Part shown: positions 1-7,370 of the stretch, piece by piece | How positions within the stretch are numbered: the first letter of the stretch is position 1 | Layout: every line of letters begins with the position of its first letter | NCBI GenBank assembly: GCA_046757025.1 | Contig: JBHHXN010000139.1 | Location: 1-13,858 of the forward strand | DNA length: 13,858 nt | Origin: a bacterium | GTDB lineage: Bacteria > Zhuqueibacterota > Zhuqueibacteria > Oceanimicrobiales > Oceanimicrobiaceae | Reading direction: 5' to 3' | The notes under the pieces: model-generated | Database searches by the model: none | Seen by the model: only the letters and a program-made list of their open reading frames with translations | Told to the model about the DNA's origin: nothing | Position numbers and translations under genes: made by a program

Positions 1-57
1 TGACGGCTGATAATAGCACCATGGTTTGGACCACAACAAAGCAAGTCATTTAAATAT

Positions 58-89
58 TTGCGGCTCCGCCGCGCTAGGAATTATTCAGG
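58..89. repeat. REP-like repeat copy 1 (GC hairpin + conserved tail)
   Basis: TTGCGGCTCCGCCGCGCTAGGAATTATTCAGG. Stem GCGGC-tcc-GCCGC (60-72). 27/32 identical to 468-499. Confidence 0.75.
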
Positions 90-158
90 TTCAGTGATTT
101 CAATGGCCTTCGGTGTTCAAAACAAAAATCAACACGGAATTCACCGAATGACACTGAA
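90..158. repeat. Imperfect long inverted repeat made of heptamer triplets
   Basis: Left arm TTCAGTG (90), TTCAATG (99), TTCGGTG (109). Right arm CACGGAA (133), CACCGAA (142), CACTGAA (152). A-rich loop 118-130. Confidence 0.7.
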
Positions 159-187
159 AGCGAATGGCACGTTATTCTATTACCGCC

Positions 188-216
188 AAAAACTTTGTTT
201 TTTCAGCAAAGTTTTT
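188..216. terminator. Inverted repeat, possible bidirectional intrinsic terminator downstream of sprA
   Basis: AAAAACTTTG (188-197) and CAAAGTTTTT (207-216) form a perfect 10-bp stem. It is AT-rich, so terminator strength is uncertain. Confidence 0.4.
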
Positions 217-272
217 AACAGGCTCACGAAAAGCCGCCAAGCTCGCAGAGAAAAGATAAAATAATTTACACA

Positions 273-294
273 CAAAACCGGCACCGGGTTTTTG
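273..294. terminator. GC hairpin with A/T flanks, candidate intrinsic terminator for sprA and/or a convergent gene
   Basis: CAAAACCGG-ca-CCGGGTTTTTG: GC core flanked by an A-run and a T-run. Confidence 0.45.
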
Positions 295-467
295 GCTATG
301 GGTAGTTATTTTTTGGTAATTATGTTGAGACTCCCATTTTATCCGGCAGTTGGGTTATAAAAACCATTTTAGATAGTGGTGTTTTATTTGCTAACAGCCA
401 ACGGCCAATAGCGATTCGCTCAATAGAGGTTAAAATTAATTTGCCCTTAATCATTTTGTCTTTTTGG

Positions 468-499
468 TTGCGGTGCCGCTGCTTTAGGAATTATTCAGG
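468..499. repeat. REP-like repeat copy 2
   Basis: TTGCGGTGCCGCTGCTTTAGGAATTATTCAGG. The last 15 nt are identical to copy 1, and the stem substitutions keep pairing through G-T/U wobbles. Confidence 0.75.
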
Positions 500-581
500 A
501 TAAAAAATTATGTGAATTCAGGCTGAGAAAATAACTTAAAAACAATTGATTACACAACTGAGAAACTTGAGTAAGACAGTG

Positions 582-3500
582 TTAATTTCCCCTGATGGCG
601 ATGTTCACATCGATTCCGAACTCTTTCACCGAGGTTTTTCCCGAACGTTTGCTGTTGGTTTGCCCGATTTCAATAAACGCTCCGCCTCGGACCTGCGTAC
701 TGAATGAATACGTCAATCGCGGCGAAACAGACCACCTTTCGGTTTTATCGGCTTCTTCAAACAAGTCGGTGCCATCCGGCTGGGTTTTACTCTGTTCGGT
801 GATAACGCTGCTGGCGGTGAAAGAAAATGAAAAATCGATGGAATTTTTCAATTCGGCTTTGTTGAAAGGCCAGATAGGCAGACGAAAACCAGAGCGCTTG
901 GAGTAATTCGCCGTAACTGAAATATCAGAACGGGTGGTTCGCCGGGCGCCGATGCCGCCGGCTAAGCTTCGGCTCAATGAAAGAGATCGATTCATCTGGA
1001 TATTGGCCGTGATGCCATTTTTTAAATTCAAATCTAATTTACCAAGCGGTCGAAAGTTTGTGGTAAAATTCTTTTGAGTATCGTTTTCAGGAGAGCCGTT
1101 CCAGGTGATATCCCGCTGGCCGGAAAAGGCATGGCTGAAGGTGACGGTTCTAAAGAACTTGTTAAATAGAGGGAATTTTTCCAGCCCCGAAATCCGTACC
1201 GTCCATTCTGGAAACGGCATTTCAAATTTTTCCAGCCAGCTATCGGTTTTACTGCCGGAAATGGTGGTGGTTTCGTTTCTTTGCTCGCTGTGCTGAAACG
1301 AAAGTCCGACGTCCAGCGCCCGGCCGAAGGCTATTCCCGAGCTGGCCCGCAACGATTTGTTCAGACTGTATGTGGCGTTATTAGAGCTAAGGGTACTATC
1401 GGTAGCCACGCCCGTGTCTTTTGACAGGCCCAATTGAAAATCAAAATTGGGCATATCCGGAACCAGACCCAGTTGTGAGACATTTTCGCGCTCGGTGTAA
1501 TTCACAGAAATGTCCTTAATCTTGGATACCAAACCGCCTACCAGCTTCAAAGGATTAAGAGAAATGCCCGAAGACTCGTCCTTTTCCTGCGGCTGAAAAA
1601 GAACTAATTTTTTGGGGCCCGGTTCGCCCCTATCGGGATTTGGCCGGCCACGGCTGCCAGGCCGGCCTCTTCTTCCGGGTTGTGATGTACTCTTTTTACC
1701 AACCCCAAAAACAGACCTGGCAAATTCCTGTAATCGCAAATTAAAATCCGCTGAACGCGAAACGTTGACACGCGCACTGCGGCCGGTCGTGCGCTGTTGA
1801 ATATTATTGTTGAAAGTGTAATTCGCTGAATAATTAAATGTGTTATTCAGCCAGCTAAAAATCTTGGGATTGTATCGTGTGGTAAACGTCTGAGCAACAT
1901 TCAATTCTTCCACATTGCCCTTCACGAGATCCATGAAACTGGACTCGCGCATGTCGGCTTTGTGGGTTCGGCTGTAGTCCACAGTCAAACTTTCAAAAAT
2001 CCGCATATTTGCGCGCACGCTGCGGTCCACGTTGAAGGTCTCGGTTTCAGATACTTTTACGGAATCTTGTTTGGTGATATCTGCAACTCTATTCTGCGAC
2101 CGTTGCTGCGTTTTTGAGCCGTTCACTTTGAACGAAACATTTTGAGGAGTATAATAAAATTTCGTACCCTTTAATTTAGATAATAACCAAAAGCCGGGAA
2201 TCCACGCAAGCGGTCGAATATAATTTTTTTTACCAAAATTCAGACGATAATCCAGATTGCCGGTCCACGAACTGGTGTTGGAAAAGTTTGTGGTCGGGTT
2301 TTCCAGACTACTTTCTGAGCGCCCAATATTCATTGAAAGGTTGTCCAGGGTATGCTTTAAAAAGAAATTGTCCGATTTTACCTGTCTTTTAAATGAAAAA
2401 TTAAATCCGTTTTGATTTCGAACCGACTGCACGGTTTCCAGAACGTCCGTTGATAAATCACTGGTGACCAGACGGTCTTTACCGGGAAAATATTTCGGCG
2501 TGGATTTGCTGTTTCGGTAATTTAGATTGAGCGGCATGGCCAGACCCCAGGATTGCGGTAAAAAATTGTCCAGATTGACCGTAGCATTTAGACTGGTGCT
2601 CAAACTGTTGTTGCCGCTGCCAAATCGCTGGGCAACGTTATGAAAATCAGCATCCCGGCGTTCCACTTCCCCGTTGATGGTGGCAAAATTAGCGATTTTC
2701 ATATTGGCACGAAAGCGCATAGCCATGCCCTTTTCGCGCTCGACATCCGACAAACGCAGCTCATTGAACCAAAGCTCGCCCGTGAACGGTTCCAGGTGGT
2801 TATTATTGATAATGCCGAGAATCAAAGTTTTAATATTGGTCAGGGAGGGATTCCCCACTTTTCGAATGGATTTATTTTTACCGAACCGCCGAAAGGGATT
2901 GCCCAGTGAATCCACGGTGGTGGTATCCAAACTGGTAAATTCCTGAAGCCGAATGTTCATGTGGTTTTCATCGTGCCAGCCTTCGTACACCGGCGACCGA
3001 TATTCGTAATAGTTGTTGACGTCTGCACCAAATCGAAAAAAGTATTCTATGCGGCTGGTGGTCGATAAAGTATCCGAAGGAATGTGTTTACCATCGTTGG
3101 GGCTGGAGGGACGACCATACACGAACATCTTTATTTTATCATAATGGATGTAGTTTTCTCCCTGAAACAGACTTTTTTGAGCCACGCCCACGTTGCGACC
3201 GCTACCGATGTTCCTACCTTCGAGATTGGTGGCTTTCAGAACCAAAGACTGCTCGCGCGCTTTCACCTTCGTCACCTGATCTTCTTCGCCTTCCACCCCG
3301 ATAGCTGACAGCGTGTTAAAATAAAAGGTGCTTTCGTGCGTGTTTATTTGCGTAACCGCCACAGTGGAATCCTCTGAAATCACCAGTCCGGAAGTAAGAT
3401 TAAATTCATCATCCGTGGTTCCCAGTTCCTTCCACTCGCTGCCCACCATGTTGATTTCTGCAATGCTGAAAGTTAAGGTATTAAAATCTTCAATCTCATC

Positions 3501-6500
3501 CACCCAGATACGCACAAATTCGATTTGTGTGGGGTTGGGGCTGCCGACTTGCAAAGAGTCATTTTCCGTATCAAACGGAATACGATAAAGGCGCCAGCCC
3601 TTTGCGGGGTTCCCACCCACGATTAAAGAGGTGTCAGCATGGGTTGTGTCCATGGAAAACGAATACGTATAATACGCATTGGAGCGATCGAGCACCCCGT
3701 TACCGTTGATATCTTCGGTATCTGGCCGGCGTCCTCCCTGATCATTGGCGTTGTTTTCGGTGCCGATTATGGAGCCTTTACCGTCGTTCTGGATGTAAAT
3801 CACGCTTCTTTCCTGATAAAACCAATCGTCATAACTCCACGGTTCGTCGGCATCTTTAATTCCAAAATTATGGATATCCCAAAAATCGTAAAGCACTTCT
3901 TCCTGCGGTTTATTTACAAACGCCGGATCGTCTTTTGGAAAGTTTAACTGCGGTGGGTCTGGTTTCGCGACTAAATCGATGCCCACGTCTTCGCCGTCGT
4001 CCAGAACGCCGTTTCGAAAACCCCCTGCGGCTCTTAAATCTTCGGTGTCCAGTTTTTCATTGGGAATGACGTCTTCCGAAATAGAGCCTAAATCGATATG
4101 CAGCCGGCCTTCGGTGGCCCGCACCATGATCTCGATGAATTTCGTTTGCGATTGATCGAAAACACCAGGAGAAAGGGCGCGCATAATGCCGCCCCAGGTG
4201 CCGGCATGAGGTTTGGCCGGGTTATTCGGATCCACGAGATTTTGGTCCGGAAACAACTGAAAAGTCAATACGTCCACACGATTTGAAACGTTGGTATTTA
4301 TTTCGCGCTTGGGATAGATTTCTTTGATCCCCACCTGTTGAAAGGGATTGTACCAGATATAATTCACCAATCGCTTGTAATTGTGCAAGCTGGTGTCGGG
4401 TTGCGAAGCCCGGGTCCAGTTTTTGCGCAACACCCCCAGGCTGATGGTTTTCTTGGCGCCTTCAAAATCATCGATGTAGGCGACGCCGTGATTGTCGCCG
4501 GTTTTTGAATTGTTCAGCGTATTAGGCGTTGGCAGTACTTGAGCTATCTCGCCTTCAAAGTCCAGAGTGGATTCTCCTTTGGCCCGCAGGATCGGCAAAA
4601 TATCAAAGGCTTTACCGATAAAATTGGGCTTAAAATTCAAACGGGTGTTGATGTCCCAAACCAGGTTACGAATGGGTCCGCGGCCCACGCGCACTTTGCG
4701 GTCGAGAGTGGTTTCATTCAAATACAAAAAGGTCCCGCCCAGGAAGGAATTGCCGCCCAGGTCATATTCCGCCCGCATACCCAGAATGGTTTTCTTCTCC
4801 AGCTGAAAAAGTTGATTGCGCTCGTAGGAAATGTCTAATTGAGAAGCCGGGTTGGTGGCTCTTTCGTCCAGGATGGTCAGGGAGCCGGTGAAATAGTCGA
4901 TGGTGTAATCCCGGCCGTTTTCCAGTTCATCGCCATCCAGAATGACTTTTTCAGAGCCTTCGATGACGTTAAATCCCAAGCTGAAATTGGTACTGCGATT
5001 TTTGGTGGTGATTTCGATGATAAATTTACTTTGCTGGCTGATGACGCTCTGTACGGTAGTGTCGTAAATGGCCCGGGTGCGTTTCTCTGCCGACAGCGGA
5101 TCGATGACCTGGCCACCGCGGGTATAGCCTTCAGGATCGAACGGTCGTAAATCCGGAAAATGCAGTTCACCGTTGAAAAAATCAACGATGGTAGGATCAT
5201 TGTAATCGATCTGCCCATCAGGACTATTTGGGTTGCCATTTTGGTCCTTGTTGTCCAATCCGAAAATTTCGATCCACTTTCGAGAACCGTCGGTTTCTTG
5301 ATCCGGTCCCGAGGGAGGATCGAAAAAGATTTTTACATCGAATCCCTCCTTTTCGATGTTGGGTCCGCCCAGCGAATAGACATGCTTCCACTCCAGGTCC
5401 CAGGTTTGATCTCTGGGCTGCGGATTTTCCGGTTTGATCAATTTATAAATGATGGTGTTGTTTACGGTGTCGCCAAACACTTTTCCGTCTTCGGTGGTGT
5501 AGGTGACCGCCAAAATTTCATCTTTTGCGATGGGACTGTTCAGGCGGATGAACCCGAGGTTGGGCTCGATATAATATTGATCCTTTTCCAACCGAATGAA
5601 ATGAGCAATATCCGCAAAACCCGCTTTCACTTCGACGGTGTCGCTGGCTTGTGCATTTAAAGTAGCCCAGGCGCGAATATTCTCATCCGGAAACTGGGTT
5701 TCGTAGCCAGCGGCTGCTTTGTACACTTCAAAATTTACAATGGGGCTCGCAGAGGTAAAATGATTGCCGTCCGCATCAAAGTTCTTGTATTCTTCGCGAT
5801 ACTGAAAATCCAGAAAGAAATACTTATTGCGTACAAATTGATAATCTTTGATTCGCCGGGCGCCTTCTTCAGCCCCACCCGAAAGCGAGATTCTCTGGCT
5901 TTCGCCTTTTTCCTGACTGGCGATGGTAGTAATATTCAAATTCCCCAGCACCATCTGACTTTTGATTCCGAATAAGCCGGAATTTTTACCGCTAAATGTG
6001 ACATACCGGGTGCCAGGAAGAGATAGTGAAATATTTCCCGCCTCAATTCTCTGAATAATCTCATCGTCGTATCCCTGATAATTCAGGCGCACGTTATTTT
6101 CAAAATCAAATGCACGCTCGCTGTCCTGATCCACATTCACTGTGACTTTGTCGCCGATCTTGCCGGTAACAGAAAAGCGTTGTTTTTGCTCCATTTTGAA
6201 AGTGGTATTCGCCCCCTGATTGAAAATGGTTTTCACCTCACTACGATCCTCTCTGCGCAAACCGGCTTTGATGCTGATATCGCCGGTCACATTCAGCCCC
6301 ACACTGCCGCTGCCAAATATTTTTTGAAAAGCGCGGCTCTTTATTTTCACGGGGATATCCAGGTTGATACCTCCGGACCCCCGCCTTGCTTCGCCTGTGT
6401 CAGTAAGATGTTGTACAGCGTAATCAGACCAGGCTCGCTGCAGCCGGTCTTCCCGTACCATACTGCGATAATGTTCAAATGACATCATCAGCGGGGGACG

Positions 6501-6815
6501 TATGTCCTCATCTAATATTTTGTGACGTACTACCACAAAGGAATCAAAGGACTCGATTTCAACTTCTTCCTGAACGATGTTGTAGATGTTTGGAGTAGAA
6601 CCCGGAATGTATCCATGTAGAGACCAAACGGCTTTTCTCTTACTTTTCAGAGAATAATCAAATGAATGGTAGGAAGACGAAAGTTTTAATCCAAAGGCAT
6701 CTTTTGGATTGGCATAAGCTTTCGCGCATTCAAATATATGAAAAAATGCTGGAAGTGAAAAGCATAAAATAGGCAGAACAATGCTTTTCGGCATCGTGAA
6801 TTTGTTAAACACCAT
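582..6815 (-). CDS. sprA: SprA/Sov-family giant outer-membrane beta-barrel (type IX secretion translocon homologue, 'cell surface protein SprA')
   Basis: 2077-aa ORF with an N-terminal hydrophobic signal (start at 6815 or at Met8, 6794). Recognisable SprA blocks: VTGKIGDKVTVNVDQDSERAFDFENNVRLNYQGYDDEIIQRIEAGNISLSLP, SGLFGIK, IASQEKG, AYIDDFEG, LHIDLGSISED, PDTEDIN, GELWFNELRL. The C-terminal half is rich in amphipathic beta-strands. Recognised from memory of the family, not by database search. Confidence 0.92.
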   Translation of the reverse strand: MVFNKFTMPKSIVLPILCFSLPAFFHIFECAKAYANPKDAFGLKLSSSYHSFDYSLKSKRKAVWSLHGYIPGSTPNIYNIVQEEVEIESFDSFVVVRHKILDEDIRPPLMMSFEHYRSMVREDRLQRAWSDYAVQHLTDTGEARRGSGGINLDIPVKIKSRAFQKIFGSGSVGLNVTGDISIKAGLRREDRSEVKTIFNQGANTTFKMEQKQRFSVTGKIGDKVTVNVDQDSERAFDFENNVRLNYQGYDDEIIQRIEAGNISLSLPGTRYVTFSGKNSGLFGIKSQMVLGNLNITTIASQEKGESQRISLSGGAEEGARRIKDYQFVRNKYFFLDFQYREEYKNFDADGNHFTSASPIVNFEVYKAAAGYETQFPDENIRAWATLNAQASDTVEVKAGFADIAHFIRLEKDQYYIEPNLGFIRLNSPIAKDEILAVTYTTEDGKVFGDTVNNTIIYKLIKPENPQPRDQTWDLEWKHVYSLGGPNIEKEGFDVKIFFDPPSGPDQETDGSRKWIEIFGLDNKDQNGNPNSPDGQIDYNDPTIVDFFNGELHFPDLRPFDPEGYTRGGQVIDPLSAEKRTRAIYDTTVQSVISQQSKFIIEITTKNRSTNFSLGFNVIEGSEKVILDGDELENGRDYTIDYFTGSLTILDERATNPASQLDISYERNQLFQLEKKTILGMRAEYDLGGNSFLGGTFLYLNETTLDRKVRVGRGPIRNLVWDINTRLNFKPNFIGKAFDILPILRAKGESTLDFEGEIAQVLPTPNTLNNSKTGDNHGVAYIDDFEGAKKTISLGVLRKNWTRASQPDTSLHNYKRLVNYIWYNPFQQVGIKEIYPKREINTNVSNRVDVLTFQLFPDQNLVDPNNPAKPHAGTWGGIMRALSPGVFDQSQTKFIEIMVRATEGRLHIDLGSISEDVIPNEKLDTEDLRAAGGFRNGVLDDGEDVGIDLVAKPDPPQLNFPKDDPAFVNKPQEEVLYDFWDIHNFGIKDADEPWSYDDWFYQERSVIYIQNDGKGSIIGTENNANDQGGRRPDTEDINGNGVLDRSNAYYTYSFSMDTTHADTSLIVGGNPAKGWRLYRIPFDTENDSLQVGSPNPTQIEFVRIWVDEIEDFNTLTFSIAEINMVGSEWKELGTTDDEFNLTSGLVISEDSTVAVTQINTHESTFYFNTLSAIGVEGEEDQVTKVKAREQSLVLKATNLEGRNIGSGRNVGVAQKSLFQGENYIHYDKIKMFVYGRPSSPNDGKHIPSDTLSTTSRIEYFFRFGADVNNYYEYRSPVYEGWHDENHMNIRLQEFTSLDTTTVDSLGNPFRRFGKNKSIRKVGNPSLTNIKTLILGIINNNHLEPFTGELWFNELRLSDVEREKGMAMRFRANMKIANFATINGEVERRDADFHNVAQRFGSGNNSLSTSLNATVNLDNFLPQSWGLAMPLNLNYRNSKSTPKYFPGKDRLVTSDLSTDVLETVQSVRNQNGFNFSFKRQVKSDNFFLKHTLDNLSMNIGRSESSLENPTTNFSNTSSWTGNLDYRLNFGKKNYIRPLAWIPGFWLLSKLKGTKFYYTPQNVSFKVNGSKTQQRSQNRVADITKQDSVKVSETETFNVDRSVRANMRIFESLTVDYSRTHKADMRESSFMDLVKGNVEELNVAQTFTTRYNPKIFSWLNNTFNYSANYTFNNNIQQRTTGRSARVNVSRSADFNLRLQEFARSVFGVGKKSTSQPGRRGRPGSRGRPNPDRGEPGPKKLVLFQPQEKDESSGISLNPLKLVGGLVSKIKDISVNYTERENVSQLGLVPDMPNFDFQLGLSKDTGVATDSTLSSNNATYSLNKSLRASSGIAFGRALDVGLSFQHSEQRNETTTISGSKTDSWLEKFEMPFPEWTVRISGLEKFPLFNKFFRTVTFSHAFSGQRDITWNGSPENDTQKNFTTNFRPLGKLDLNLKNGITANIQMNRSLSLSRSLAGGIGARRTTRSDISVTANYSKRSGFRLPIWPFNKAELKNSIDFSFSFTASSVITEQSKTQPDGTDLFEEADKTERWSVSPRLTYSFSTQVRGGAFIEIGQTNSKRSGKTSVKEFGIDVNIAIRGN

Positions 6816-6989
6816 TTCCCGAAAAAATAAGCAGTTTGATATAATGACTTAATGTCGGTTGATGCAAATTAATTCAATAAAATCGAATTGATAAATTACA
6901 TTAAAAATGCAATTAAATAAAAATCCTATAGCAACTGCTCGATTGGGCCTCCCGGGAAATTAGTAATTAATAAATTTGGGGTAAATCTA

Positions 6990-7017
6990 AATTTAACAAT
7001 AAATATTTGAATTGCAA
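6990..7017 (-). promoter_or_regulatory. Candidate sigma70-type promoter for sprA
   Basis: Minus strand TTGCAA-N16-TAAATT, with a TGn extended -10 element. The region is AT-rich, so a chance match is possible. Confidence 0.35.
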
Positions 7018-7101
7018 GAAAAAAATTGCCGTTTGAGCACATCCTCAATTAAGAGGAGGATTTATCATTCTATTTACTAAAATTTTTTCTATCCTGAAAA
7101 G

Positions 7102-7116
7102 TCGCAAGATTTGCGA
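7102..7116. promoter_or_regulatory. Palindrome TCGCAA-N3-TTGCGA, candidate operator
   Basis: Perfect 6-3-6 inverted repeat with the same architecture as 7259-7273. Confidence 0.4.
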
Positions 7117-7202
7117 AAAACCAGGTACGCTGTCCTTGTCATTCTCCGTCATGCAGGAAAGAATTGATGTGAAATCGGAGAATTTATCCTATCAACATTG
7201 TG

Positions 7203-7230
7203 AAAAGGCAGTTTCAATAAAGCCTTTTTT
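7203..7230. terminator. Terminator-like hairpin inside the divergent spacer
   Basis: AAAAGGC (7203-7209) pairs with GCCTTTT (7222-7228), followed by further Ts. The loop is 12 nt. Confidence 0.35.
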
Positions 7231-7258
7231 GAAATCAGTTATCAGGTATGCATTCGCT

Positions 7259-7273
7259 TCACAATTTTTGTGA
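7259..7273. promoter_or_regulatory. Palindrome TCACAA-N3-TTGTGA, candidate operator
   Basis: Perfect 6-3-6 inverted repeat ~45 nt upstream of the predicted lptF -35 box. Confidence 0.4.
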
Positions 7274-7318
7274 TTTATCCAGGGTAATGAAAATCTCCAT
7301 ATAAATATTATTAAAATC

Positions 7319-7347
7319 TTGAAAATAACGTATTTATTAGATATATT
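7319..7347 (+). promoter_or_regulatory. Candidate sigma70-type promoter for lptFG
   Basis: TTGAAA-N17-TATATT, ending 23 nt before the lptF ATG. Confidence 0.5.
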
Positions 7348-7370
7348 TCTAAAATTTTTATCCAAAGACC

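Noticed and set aside
58..264. 68-aa ORF on + strand
   Set aside because: TTG start inside the REP-like repeat, no SD, runs through hairpins, and the translation has no recognisable protein features.
389..436. Integron attC site (CTAAC ... GTTAAAA)
   Set aside because: The ends do not fit RYYYAAC/GTTRRRY, internal pairing is poor, and there is no cassette ORF or integrase.
58..499. CRISPR array
   Set aside because: Only two 32-nt copies, 410 nt apart. No 30-40-nt spacer periodicity and no cas genes.
595..6482. Numerous short ORFs overlapping or antisense to sprA
   Set aside because: Shadow ORFs of a long genuine gene, with no family motifs.
6971..6978. Bacteroidota -7 promoter motif TAnnTTTG
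   Set aside because: Single match in very AT-rich DNA, ~400 nt from lptF, with no supporting -33 element.
7198..7273. Rex operator (TTGTGAA-N4-TTCACAA)
   Set aside because: Half-sites are present but are either 53 nt apart or in the opposite orientation.
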